A stretch of 63,290 nucleotides of DNA, the filler included, from Reticulomyxa filosa (taxonomy: Eukaryota; Protista; Foraminifera), in the NCBI GenBank assembly GCA_000512085.1. It is 23 parts of 23 records of this genome, joined end to end, with 100 filler letters (N's around TTAATTAATTAA, not from the genome) between each part and the next. Parts side by side here need not be neighbours in the genome. Positions count along the whole stretch, not along the records: positions 9,948 to 14,488 come from ASPP01026519.1; positions 14,589 to 15,962 come from ASPP01005695.1; positions 16,063 to 18,447 come from ASPP01040345.1; positions 18,548 to 21,877 come from ASPP01026801.1; positions 21,978 to 23,656 come from ASPP01014575.1; positions 23,757 to 25,583 come from ASPP01002916.1; 17 more parts are not named here. One strand, 5' to 3'. Under the pieces are notes generated by a model. The model saw only the letters and a list, made by a program, of their open reading frames with translations, did no database searches and was not told where the DNA came from. The position numbers and the translations under genes were made by a program. The number at the start of each line of letters is the position of its first letter. The first letter of the stretch is position 1. This document shows positions 11,688-24,200 of this stretch, piece after piece.

Positions 11688-14392
11688 ATGTCCAACATTA
11701 TCGATCTCACCAGCGACTCGGAACCGGAATCCAAAGTTATTGAATTCTCCCCAGCAAATACATGGGCATCGGATACGTATAATTTACAAAAGATAGAATT
11801 CTACCACGAAATGAGTAATTTACTTAATTGGATCTCATATCAATGGGCTTTAATATTAGTCTTAAAGAAGTTAAATCAAAGAAGTGAAATCTTTAGTATT
11901 GAATCAACGCTCGGTATTAGTATGAGATCAATTACAGAACTTAACAAGATACAAAGACAACAAACGGAAGTAGTTACAGCAATAATTAAGGTGCTTAACT
12001 ATATGAAATTAAGACCATACAATGGACCTGCATGTACAATTAGAGACATGTTAGGAATAAATCTAAAAAACATGGAGCAAAAATATATGTGGTCAAAACC
12101 GGAAGCACTAGAAACAGCGACTCTAGTATACTTCATTGAAAAAGATTATGATTACATTGGCAGAGTATCTGCAAGACATTACAACCCGTGTAATCTATTA
12201 GAAGTTGGAAAGAAATATGTTCCAGAAGATGATGAAATAGAAGAATATGCACTTGTAAATAACATCAGAGTTGAATCAATAAATATACACTCATACAAAG
12301 AATGGGAAATTGATAACACTCAAAAACTACTAAATATAATAAAAGAATATAAATATAAAACGATTAGATTATATAGTCCCAGAATTAGTGAAGTAGCAAC
12401 ACTATATATTATATCCAGAATTACAGATAGAACAACACATTATCAAGCAACTAAAAAAATGGAAATATATTATATAAAAAAAGAATATATAACAAAAAAA
12501 GAAGAATTTGAAAGAAATATCAATGATTGGAAGAAATGGGAATTAATAGTAAAAGCAGCAGAACAAGAAAACAAAGAAAAAACAAAGAAAGAAATAAAGC
12601 AAAAGCTTATTAAAGATAAAATCAGAATAATTGGCGTCTCGGATAAAGTACAAGACGAAATTGATCTGGAATTATTATACTTTCTCAGCAGAGGAGCGAA
12701 ATACGCACCACATAAATGGATTGAAAAAGAAGAAAGAATAAAAGAAAAAGTAGATAACATTATGATAAGATTTGAATTAGATGAAAAACAGTAAGACCAA
12801 TAGTCACGAATATGGATTCAGTGAAAGCAGTGGTATCAAAAAAAGTAGCTAACTGGCAAAAAGTATTATTATCAGAAATGGACAATAATTATAACTACTG
12901 TGTAAAAGACACTTTTGACCTAGTTGATAAACTTAAAAGACTTGAAAATAAGAAATATACAATGATTGGAGCAGATATAAAGAATTTCTTCCTAATTATT
13001 AAAATACAAGAATTAGAAAATGCATTATCATGGCATATAGATGAGATCATAAAAAAACAAAAACATAACAAAAATATTTGGCAAAAAAGAAAGGAATATA
13101 TGATAAATTACTACAAAGATGAAGAACTAAGATTATTTAGCTGTGATAATAGAATATACAGAACGGACAGAGGAGTAGGAATGGGAGATTACGATGCACC
13201 AATAGCAGCACAACTAGTAAGAGCATACAAAGAAATGATATGGCTCAAAAAGAAAAATATGACAGTAAAAAATGAACTAATTAAAATATTTGGATACATG
13301 GATGATATTCTAATAATAATAGATGAAGAAAAATATGGAATTGAAAAATTCATAAAAGAAGATCTTGAAGAGATATATAATCCATGGGAATTAGAAATGA
13401 CAGCAGGCTCAGTACAAAAATACCTAGATCTCACTATAGAAACTGACAATAATGAAAAATACGGAAATGACAGAGAAATACAAATAAACAATGGGAAATT
13501 AGTAATAAAGAACTATAAAAGGAAATACAACAAAGAAATATCAAATCTAGAACTAGAAGAGAATAAAATAGAGAATAGAATACAAGAAATAAAAACAACC
13601 ATACAGAATAAAACAGGACAACTAACCTGGTTAACAAGATCAATAAGAGACGGAAAACAAGAAATAAGATTATTAAAAGAAAGAATTAAAAAGGACAGAA
13701 AAGAAACAGAATCAGAAAGCCTATTAAGACCTAATTTCCGACTAGTAAATATCAATGATAGTACAGATGAAGAAAAAACAATGAAAAATAAAGAAAATAT
13801 TAAAAGTATACAAGAGAATATAAGTGAAGAAACTAAAGAGATAGTTAAAATCAAAAAAGAAATCAGAGAACTTGCAGATATAAAAAGATAATTAAATAGC
13901 ACAATCAACAAAAATAATGATCTAACATGGTATGTCACACCCAAAAGTGGCATGGTTCAAAGATATGCAAATCCCGAGACAGCTGGACCTAGAATCTGGA
14001 AAATGCAAGCAATGAAAACAAATAGAGACAGATGGATAAGATTAACACCCAATAAAAAGATATATGATATCGAAATAAAGAATGTAATTGATGAATTCAT
14101 TAAATGTGGATATAAACCAGAATTAGTAAAGAAAAATTTTGAATATATATACATGGACACAGAAGAATACAAACAACAAAGACTTGAAACTTTAGAAAGA
14201 AGAAAAGAATGGCTTGAATTTCCAAAAATAGTAAGCAGATTTAACATCACAGACAATTATGATACCAAAAAAGAAGAACAACTAGATCAAATAATTAATA
14301 ACAAAATTAAATGGACCAAATCAGCCAAACCTAATATATATAGAATAATAAGAGGAATAAACTCAGGAAGACAAATTACAGGAGATCTATAA
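11688..14392 (+). pseudogene. PLE reverse transcriptase ORF, disrupted (frameshift at ~12785, in-frame TAA at 13889-13891)
   Basis: 11688-12794 carries the N-terminal region and LSRGAKYAP. The -1 frame continues KTVRPIVTN into 12812-13891 (ADIKNFF 12971, GVGMG 13172, YMDD 13295, YLDL 13421). The same frame resumes after a single TAA with LTWYVTPK..QRYANPETAGPRIWK..RWIRLT..FIKCGYKPELV (thumb). Confidence 0.85.
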
Positions 14393-14426
14393 TACGTATT
14401 ACACGAATACGAACAGAAATACGTAT

Positions 14427-14488
14427 AATACAGAAACGAAAAACATGAAAGAATACAGAAACGAAAAAACATGGACAAATACAGAAAC
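14427..14488 (+). repeat. 25-26 bp tandem repeat at element 3' end
   Basis: AATACAGAAACGAAAAACATGAAAG / AATACAGAAACGAAAAAACATGGACA / AATACAGAAAC (cut by contig end). Confidence 0.8.
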
Positions 14489-14666
14489 NNNNNNNNNNNN
14501 NNNNNNNNNNNNNNNNNNNNNNNNNNNNNNNNTTAATTAATTAANNNNNNNNNNNNNNNNNNNNNNNNNNNNNNNNNNNNNNNNNNNNATATATTATATT
14601 ATATGCTTATTATATACACAAGTGAGTGTTATTCAAAGTTTGTATGACCCCTTTTTTTTTTTTTTG

Positions 14667-15770
14667 TCATAACGCATTGGTCCTGGACACATGAATAGCG
14701 TTCATCAAGTGTAAAACAGTTCTCGTTTTTCCAGTCCCTGGCGGACCTTGCAACAACGTGATGCCTTTGTGCTGACAAGTTTTCTCGACTGCCAAACATT
14801 GCGATGGATTTAAATACCGTCCTAATCTATCCTTGATGGAATCGGGGACCATGGTCCATACCCAACTGGATTGCATCGTGGCTTTATTGGAGTGGCTGAG
14901 CTTGAGACCGACGGTGTCCGTGCAATTGGCAGCAAGGGGCACTGTCACGTCCGGCTTTTGCGAACAATACAGCTGTTGGCTCATTACTTCTTTGCAATTG
15001 AGAATGACATTTTTCAATGTCATTCGATGGATGTTGCACACGGCCCGAAATTCACGAAGCCGATTCTGAACATTTTCCAAAAACATAATTCCCACAAATT
15101 CTCGCGTTCCAACAATAGCATTTTTTCGCGAGCGTTTTTTAGCCAAGTAATGCTGTAACCATTCATTGTCATCATTTGCTTGCATTTCAGCACTATTGCA
15201 GCCCTTTAGTGTTTCATTGCTGTTATTGTTGCTATTATTGTTGTTACTGTTGTTGTAATTCTTGTTGTCGCTATAATTATTGTTATTGCCATTACTGTTA
15301 TTATTATTATTACTATTCTTGTCAACGTTCATGTTCTTATTTTCGCCACCGCTGGTGTCGGTTTCAGTGTTTTCAAAGCATTTGGCAAGTTCTTTCAATT
15401 TTGATTGGCCGACAGACAACAGCACTCGAACTTCCAAATGGGTATGTCTATTTGTATGTGATTGTATCCAATGTACTGTTCATTCGGATCAAACAACCCC
15501 TTTTTTTTTTTTTGTTTTGTTTAAATAACGATATTTTTTCGACAACAGCGAGGACGTGATTCGGTGGTAGTTGCAATGCTGTGTGGTAAGTTCTGTGATC
15601 CTTTTCGTAAATGATGAGGGCCAAATCATTTTTGGAAGCATGTTGAAGGACCGACGGGTCCACGTTCGTCATTTGGAACGAACATGTGACGTACTTGTTT
15701 CGCGAACGTTGGCTCGTGTCATATCGAAGCTCCGCTGGTAACATTTTGTATAATTTGTATTGACGTAATT
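14667..15770 (-). CDS. SF1 helicase of the Sen1/Upf1 (DNA2/NAM7) family, fragment
   Basis: YLNPSQCLAV (Q motif) and ITLLQGPPGTGKTRTV (Walker A); upstream exon with NDLALI..HVLAVVE. Confidence 0.8.
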
Positions 15771-16273
15771 GCTCGTCGATTGTGTTTTCCTAACCTTTTT
15801 TTTTTTTTTTTTTGATTTTAATTTTGTGGTTTTTTTTAAAATTGATTGGTTGCGTTTTTTTTTTTTGATTGGTTCCCATACATTACCGTGCATATAAATC
15901 CATAAATAAAAGATTGCTGAAATATTTCTTGTATTCCAAGCAAGATTCAAAGGTCAGCATTTNNNNNNNNNNNNNNNNNNNNNNNNNNNNNNNNNNNNNN
16001 NNNNNNTTAATTAATTAANNNNNNNNNNNNNNNNNNNNNNNNNNNNNNNNNNNNNNNNNNNNCCGGTGAACAATGAAAACTAATAGCAAACTTCTTTTTA
16101 AAAAAAGTATTTTCAGAATACTTAGCGAACTTATATGAAAAATGCTTTCAAAAAACTTGCTTGCCGAATAGATGAATGTATTCATTTCAAAAAAATCTAG
16201 TTTAAAATAAAAATTAAAAAACAAAACAATATTAAAACAAATGATACAACACATTTCTTTCCTACAACAAAGA

Positions 16274-18426
16274 TTAATCAACTTCTTCAATTGCCTCGAC
16301 TTCTTCCTTTTCCAAGTCGTCGTTTTCTGCTGCAACGTTTGGTTTGTATGTTGCTTGTATTTCTGGTGCATCTTTCAATGTATCTTCTTCTTGAGGCTCA
16401 TCATCGTCGCCAAAAATGCTTATACCAATTTAATTAATTTATGTATACATCCATCAAACTTTACTGGTTCCTCCAAGCTTGATCCACTGGTCAACAAGGT
16501 TGTTTCGAATAACAGCAACACTAGATCTTTAATTGTATCGAATGGGCATGTTGCAAATTTTTCTTTTAAATTAGCCACAATCGCGTGGTTCGACTGCATG
16601 TATTGCGTAATCGAATTATCTATAACGCTTGAGCATTCATAATTCTTTACATAAGCTGACAGTCCATATTCTCATGTAACCAAAAAGCACATCGGATCAA
16701 CCATTCGATAGCTGACAATGACTTTTTCAATCTTGTCCACCATGATATCTTTCATTTTTTTCGTCGGCGATTCATATGCGACATTTTCGTCTTGTTTCTG
16801 TAAAAACACACAAATCAATTATACGTAATGTTTTTAGTTTTTTTTAAAGAAGTATACTTTTTAAAAAAACAAACTAATTTGTTTCCATCGTATTCTCGCA
16901 ATTGGACATCGTATTCGTCGATAGGGTCCACTAACAATAAGACTTCAAAGTCTATCTTTTTCAATTCTTCCAAAAACTGCAACACTTCCACATTTGCCCG
17001 TGATTCGCCTGTAATGTAAATGTGCTTTTGATTTTCCTTCATTTTGCTAACATATCCTTCAAGCGACGTGATTTCTTTACTAGATATCAGCAAATCTGAT
17101 AATTTATTGATATTCATTGAGTCTTTATTAATTCCCAGTTTGAGACTCTTGTGGAACTGGTCGTAGAATACTTTGAAGCCGGCCTTATTTTCAGTAATTT
17201 CGCCGAATAGTTCCAAACACTTATTTACTACATTTTTCTGGATGACATTCACTATCTTATTTTGCTGCAATGATTCTATACTAAGATTCGATGTCAAATC
17301 TTCGCTGTCCGCTACACAACGAATGAACGACAGATATTTAGTGCAAAGATTCTTGCAATTATCCATAATAAAAATTCTTGGAACGAAGAGTTTAATGTTC
17401 TTCTCTTTACTCATCGGTTCAAATGGGGCATTCTTTGTCATAAATAACAATTCAAAAACCTTTTTTTCTTGTCTCAAAAAAAAAAGTAGCAACACTTCAC
17501 CCCCACCCGTATGTAAGTATATCCAAAACAAATAAAAAACAAACGCAAAACATTTTTTCCATCTTTCATTGTTAACAAGTTGACCAAGAAAACAACCAAT
17601 TGCGAGTGTTTTCTAACAATTTCTTTTACAGTTTTTTCCTTACAAAATTTTGCTCATTCATCTTTACGTATAAGTATATCTCAGTTCCCTGTTTTATCTG
17701 GTACGGGTTATCGCTGTCATCACGAACCCTGAAAGTGCCACTTGCTGTACTTTTCCACACATGTTGTTCGTCCTCGTTGCTTTTACTTTGTTTACTTCTC
17801 ACCACCACGCGCTCACTCACTAAATAGTGCTATAAAAGCCAACACCAAACTGGCCTATTTCAATAAACTTTTTCGTGCCACTTCGGACAATTATCACAAT
17901 GTTATTCACAAGGTCTTCTTTTGTCATCCAGATCCCGGTATATCTTATTATAAACAGTTTTTCATCGGGACTGGGCATAGTCTCAATTTTAAGTTCTATA
18001 TCTTTCTCTAACACTTCAGGGTCGGACGCGATATGTATCTTACTTTATCAAGCGCATTAATATCATTCAACATTAACACTCGCAAAAAAACTTTCTTATT
18101 AGAGTAAACGGCATTAATGGTTAATCTATTTTTGTTATACTTACGTGTGTTTTTTTTATTATACGTACATACGTTTTTTGTTTTTTTTGCGAAATCTTCG
18201 CGTAAAGAAATTTCTTTAAAAAAAAATACATCATCAATTGTGCGATATCTACATTAAATTGAAAAGTCTAAGCTTCTACGCTAGACTTCCAATGCTCTTT
18301 TGCTTCCATTTCTTCCTGGGTTTTGGTTTTTTTCTGGGTCTCTTCATTAGTTGCCGTTTCCTCTTGTTGAGGTTTTTCGTCATTTACATTTTTTGTTGTT
18401 GGTGCGGGTGGGTTCTCATTAGTCAT
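16274..18426 (-). pseudogene. HSP90: Cytosolic Hsp90 pseudogene
   Basis: TFQFNVDIAQLM, INAVYSNK, DLVNN..SGTKKF..IGQFGVGFYS, NIKLFVPRIFIMDNC, YITGES, VDPIDEY and C-terminal IEEVD. Many stops, frameshifts and deletions; introns retained. Confidence 0.9.
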
Positions 18427-18547
18427 TTTTTTTTTTTCTCAATAAACNNNNNNNNNNNNNNNNNNNNNNNNNNNNNNNNNNNNNNNNNNNNTTAATTAAT
18501 TAANNNNNNNNNNNNNNNNNNNNNNNNNNNNNNNNNNNNNNNNNNNN

Positions 18548-18619
18548 AAAAAAAAAAAAAAATACAAACATATACATACATATAAATATATATATTATTT
18601 GTAAATGGCTCAAACAATG

Positions 18620-18650
<31 letters not shown>

Positions 18651-19515
18651 CAAACTCCTCTTTTGCCAAAATTGACTCGGATCCGATCTTCTCCAAACAC
18701 ACGAAGGAAACTATCTTTATCCAAGACTAGAACAACCACATTGTCGGTAGCTCGGACGGTTGCGTTTCGCGGATTGGTGGTGAGCAATGCGGTTTCACCA
18801 AAGTAATCCCCGGGCTTCAAAACAGCCACCTCTTCGCTGAGCTTCTTACTTTCAATGTACATAGACACACGCGCCTCGCCTTGGATGATTATATAGAACT
18901 CGTTGCCTTTGTCTCCTTGCCGAATGATCTCCATTCCTTTGGGATAGCTACGGTCTTTGAACACCAATCCCAGTTGATGTCTGTCTTTCAATGACAATCG
19001 TGCCAGCAATGGCACTTTTTCCAAATAACGTGCCAATATTTTAGCTTTACCCTCGGTATCAAGTTTTTCTACACGTGTATATACATTAGATATACATACT
19101 TTATATTTATATTTATGTATGTATATGTGTGTATTATGTAATGTATTGCTTTGTTGTCTATTTCTCTCAGTGCACTCAAACGGAGATAGGACAGTCTCAT
19201 GCCCATGTCCACGGATGTAAGGTCATTTTCTACTTTCATGTCTTTTTCATCCTCGTTGTTGCTATTGCTATTAGTATTGTTGCTTCCCAATTTGTGGTGA
19301 CTTCGATCTCTTCGGTGGTGCGTGTTTCGAAAATACTGTGACTTCGATTCTTTATCTGATCCGGTTTCGTTCTCTTTTCGACTATTATTTGGTATCCCAT
19401 CCTCTTCTTTTGTACTGTCTCCCTCTCTTTTTTTCTTTTTTTCTTTCGATTTGTCATATTCCATATCTTTCATCTCTTCATCTTCCAAATCTGCACTGTC
19501 CCACAAATCTGCCAA
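18548..19515 (-). CDS. Cyclic-nucleotide-binding domain protein (PKG/PKA-R-like N-terminus), 3'-partial
   Basis: IIRQGDKGNEFYII..G, LKPGDYFGETALL...PRNATVRA (phosphate-binding cassette). Confidence 0.85.
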
Positions 19516-20552
19516 CTGTTGTTGACTGTTTGTTTTTTGGCGCCTATGTTTGTCATTTTTTTTTAATGTTACGTTGTCCCGTCACACAACGAACAAACAG
19601 AGAAACAGCATTACATGAGCTACTTTTCCTCCAAAAATTGAAATACAAATACTTTTACTTTAAAAATAAAAATAAGCGCGCAAGGGACCAAAATTTTATT
19701 TGTAAAAACGAAAAGGTTTTTTCAAATAACTAGCGTAGGGCTTATTACGAAAATTTTATCTCGACTAATGAAATTTTATTTGTTTTGCGTGATGTAAAAA
19801 ATTTTCTTTCCAAAACTATTGATTAAAAATTTAAATTCATTTCCAGTGAAAACAATTTTAAAAAAATATTACACTTTTTTTGTTCGCAATTTTTGTGAGT
19901 ATCACCGTAAAGTCGCAAATGCACCGTTATCGATCAATTGGTTATTCCTACACAATCACAACAATACAACTTTCCATATATTGAAACAAATTTTTTGACA
20001 AAAAAATCAATTTAATAATTGATCAGACATGGGTCCTCTTCAAATCAAACCTAAGTCGGTATGATTTTCAGTTCGGCCTTCTGTTTGTCATCCCACAAAA
20101 CAAAACAAAAAGTAATACACATACCGTAAAATCTTACGGATTCCACTTTTCGAGAAAACTGACAACAAAAGTTGCGAAAAAAGGTGCAAAAAAAATCATT
20201 TATGATAAACAAAGAAAAAGTAGTAAATTGGATTATTGGACAAAAATCACAAATTACAAGTAAAAGTGCAAAAGCAGAAAGACTCTTAAAAAAACAAAAG
20301 GTTGAGCGTTGGCCCCTTTTTTTTCAAAAGTGTCAGCATTAATTCGTACTCAGTTTTTGTGACAATGGATCCATTTTAAGTTTTGGTTGTAGAAATTTGT
20401 TTTAAAAAATTTGCAGAGAAAAATTGTCATGTAAAATGTTAATTTAGCAAAAATAAGAATTGTCTAAGGCAAAAAAAAGTTTTCCTGAGTTGTTAGATTA
20501 AAATTTTCATAAGAGGCGAGCAACTGCCAAACAATCGAGAGAAAGACAAAAA

Positions 20553-21224
20553 TTACTGTGATCGTGGGGGTACCATTGGAAAAAACGCTTGTGGTTGTGA
20601 AGTGACAGTATTTGGATTGGCTGGTTGTGACTGAGACATATTCACGTCTGCAGTTGTATAGGGTTGCATGAAAGGGTTGACAAGATTGACAGTAGAGTTA
20701 CCTAAGTTGGGCACATTGTGTATCTGTTCCTCTTTTATTTGCTGTTCAAACTTGGTTTTATCGATTTGGAAATTGGGCTCAGTCAAGCGAATAGGAAATT
20801 TTGGCAAGCTGATTTTGTCTTTTACCGAATGGTGAGAAATAAATGGCAAAGGGATTTGGTTGATGGTCATCGCTTCGTCCATCGAATCCATAAACGCATT
20901 TGTTTCGCTTAAATGGTTGTTAAAAATATCAAATTCTTGTTGAATTTCGTGACATGCGAATTGAATATCTTTTAGAGAAATTTCTTGACTGTCCCGATGA
21001 TGAGCATTGATTTTCGCTTCGCTCAAAATCTTTATGATATGATTGTAAATGAAATCCGAAAGCATATCCAACACTTTTGGTTCGTACTCTTGGACTTTCA
21101 TTTCTGACAGTATGTTCAAGGCCATTTGATATGGCACTGGGATTGCTTCATCTGTATTTGTTTTTTCCGTGGAAGCTTCAGAGGAAGCTGTTTTTTTCGT
21201 AGAATGTCGTTTATTGGAGGACAT
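20553..21224 (-). CDS. TAF9: TFIID subunit TAF9 (histone fold)
   Basis: ILSEMKVQEYEPKV..LSDFIY..ILSEAK..AHH..I...DIQFA, followed by INQIPLP..RLTEPNFQI. Confidence 0.8.
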   Translation of the reverse strand: MSSNKRHSTKKTASSEASTEKTNTDEAIPVPYQMALNILSEMKVQEYEPKVLDMLSDFIYNHIIKILSEAKINAHHRDSQEISLKDIQFACHEIQQEFDIFNNHLSETNAFMDSMDEAMTINQIPLPFISHHSVKDKISLPKFPIRLTEPNFQIDKTKFEQQIKEEQIHNVPNLGNSTVNLVNPFMQPYTTADVNMSQSQPANPNTVTSQPQAFFPMVPPRSQ

Positions 21225-24200
21225 TTTTTTTTCTCCCTTGGACCCCTGAAAGAGTGACACGATCTCCATATAATCGTAGTTTGCAAAAAAAAAAATGTGA
21301 CGCATTGAAAAGTGAAGAAAGCATTAGTTTCTAAAATCCATCATGTAGTGCAATGCCCTACTAATTACAGTAGAAGCTTAATATGAACGAGGGAACCCTT
21401 TTTTCCTCAACAACCTTCAATGTCTTTCTTCTTTCACTTTTCTGTTTTCTTATTTCTTGTCAGTGCGTTGTTTATCTTGATTATTAACTACTTTTATTTG
21501 CTTTTTGAAAACACCTTTCAGTGATTACTTTCTTATTACACTTAACGCTACCTCAATCTTCATACAATCAGGATATCGCAATCGTTAACAAGATATTCAC
21601 TTACTTTCCTTCTGAACTATAAACATGATAGCACTCACCTAGATGAAAAATAATTGACAACTTCGAAATGATTTCAGAAAGAAAAATTTGTTTGAAATAA
21701 AAGATATAGCATTGTTTTAACAATTGTTCCAGATTCAAAGTTAATTTTTTTCTGTCTTACACTGCTGAAATAGTGTGACAGAAACACGAAAACTGTACGT
21801 ATAACTTTTGCAAAGAGTGAGAAAAAGAGCTACGTGAACACACAGTGAAAAAAAACAATAGTTTCGCGATAAAAATANNNNNNNNNNNNNNNNNNNNNNN
21901 NNNNNNNNNNNNNNNNNNNNNTTAATTAATTAANNNNNNNNNNNNNNNNNNNNNNNNNNNNNNNNNNNNNNNNNNNNATAATATTAATAATATTAATAAT
22001 ATTAATAATAATAATAATAATGACACACAAAGTAAAATTGTTCCAAGTGCAAATAACAGTCGACAAAACAGTGTGAATATCAACTTTCCCACTCCTAATG
22101 CAACTCCCATTTAAAAAAAAAAAAAAAAAAACTTTTACTTTTTTTTTTTTGTTGATGATGATCTGCTTGCTCGTTTGGTTTTGTTAATATTTGAGTATAT
22201 TCTTTCCTCAATAATGATATTACTAATCCAATAATAAATGTGAAGTGGCTCTTTTCATGCTCTTCAACAATCTCTTTCCCACATCAATCGCATCGCAAAA
22301 TAAAACTTTGCAAACTTACACTTGTGCAAACATTCAAATGCAACTTTTATTACGCGTTATTTTTTTTATCTCTTATTGTTTCTATGTTTTGTTCTTGGAC
22401 AAACTCACTTGCAAGTTTTGCCATCGTTTTCGCGTTTCTATATTTTTTTTCTTCTTTTTTTTTGGAGGAGTTTTAACAGTGTGTATAACAAAGGATTTAT
22501 GCAATATTATTTTTGCATCAGTGTTTTTTCAGGATTGTCACAACAATTATTACATATTCTGTTTTCCCAAACGTTTATACATGCCGCACTTACTAAAAAC
22601 AAATTCAACAACAAAAAAATAGTTGAAACGATTGGTGTTGCTAGATTGTTTTGTAAATCGGAAAAATTTGAATGCTAGCAAAATTGTAGAATTTTTAAAT
22701 GTGTTATTGATTTTTTAAGAGGCAGGAAAAGAAACTCGGTTCTGAGAAACGCAACAATTTGCGACGTACTGGAGTTGCAACTTAAAAAACACCTGCTTGG
22801 ACCTAAGAGTAGTGAACAAGGGCAACAACGTCCCAACACGAATTTGTATCCCGCTTGATACAACTTACAAACGTGTTAGCGTTTGCTTGTTTAATCTCAG
22901 CATATTCATTTTCTTTCATCCCACAGGAGATTTTCGATGGGATGAAGAAATGCATATATTGATGAAACATGTCTATGTAATGGATCAATTAGCTTTCTAT
23001 TTTTGTTTACACCTTATAAATGCTGTTATATTTCACTCTTTTTCTTGCTCTTTCACTGTCCATTAGCACGTAACATTGCGTGCGGGCAGGATTTTTTGCT
23101 TGAGCACAGAAAAAATAAATCACTTTACTGAAGGCACAAATACTTTTGTTGACAACCGTTAAAAAGGGGTAAAAAAAAAAAAATTGGTTTGATTCATGTG
23201 TTCTTATCCTTTCTGGTGTAACTAATTTCTTGTCAAAAATCTTGTTCAAAAGAATTAAAAAAAAATGACCAGCATTGTTTGTTTTTATTTGTGTATTTTC
23301 TTGTCCCAACAGGGTTACCAAAAAAAACAAAAAATAATGACATACATAAAGCTTGAAAAAAAGGGTTGGTTTGACTTGGTACATATATATCAGAAGAAAC
23401 AAGAAAGTAAAGAAAAGGAGACAAGAAACACCAACGATAAAACGGAGAGAATGCAAAAAAGCAAAGAGGGTGTGTATGAAATGAAATGGTTTTCAAAACA
23501 AAAAAGTCAAGAAACGTCCCCTGAACTAACGTCACGACCGCTGACATCAGCCCAGGATACTACGAATAAAGGTTCCACTGACCCAAGCCACAACAATAAT
23601 TCGCAACGCCAACGAAACCATTCATTTGTTAAGATCTTTTTTTTTTTTTTTTTTTTNNNNNNNNNNNNNNNNNNNNNNNNNNNNNNNNNNNNNNNNNNNN
23701 TTAATTAATTAANNNNNNNNNNNNNNNNNNNNNNNNNNNNNNNNNNNNNNNNNNNNTGTGCAAAAACACACAACACATTGACATATTTATATATACATAT
23801 ATAAAGATATCACAAACCTTTTATACTCCTTTCGGAGACGGGGTTGGGTTCTACCCCGTATTTTCTTGTTGGTGTCGTCGTTGGTGTCATCGTCAGTGTC
23901 GCTGTTGATACTTCTTGTCACCTATATTTTTTTAAATAATGTGAATCAAATAGACAATATCAAAGTTATACGTTGTTTTTGTGATAATTTTACATTTAAA
24001 AAAAGTTTGTACATATATACGTATGTTAGTCAAATTATTGATATATATTAATTAGTTGTGTTTTAGTTGAACGTGCTTAACTGTCACATGTTATCGCAGG
24101 CACTGTCATCATTGCGGGTTGGCACTATATCATTTTTTATTTACGGGCCATTGTTGGATGATATGTGATTCAATACATTGAATTTACCGATGCTCAAATT

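Larger units (their letters stand above)
9948..14488 (+). mobile_element. Penelope-like retroelement (PLE), whole contig; probably defective copy
   Basis: Intronless, with a strongly A-rich sense strand unlike host genes. RT motifs LSRGAKYAP, VRPIVT, GADIKNFF, GVGMGD..AP, GYMDDIL, KYLDLTI and a PLE-type thumb. Structured leader with hammerhead-like fold and inverted repeat; tandem repeats at the 3' end. Confidence 0.85.

Noticed and set aside
12780-12794. Programmed -1 frameshifting at the PLE junctions (also 10742, kinase ~28265, ParA ~63053)
   Set aside because: All are single-base differences in short homopolymers without a canonical slippery heptamer, and they also hit ordinary genes. 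Sequencing error or decay is more likely.
13889-13891. Stop-codon readthrough or alternative genetic code in the RT
   Set aside because: It is a single in-frame TAA, and TAA terminates host genes normally (PLCXD, FPPS, TAF9). A point mutation is simpler.
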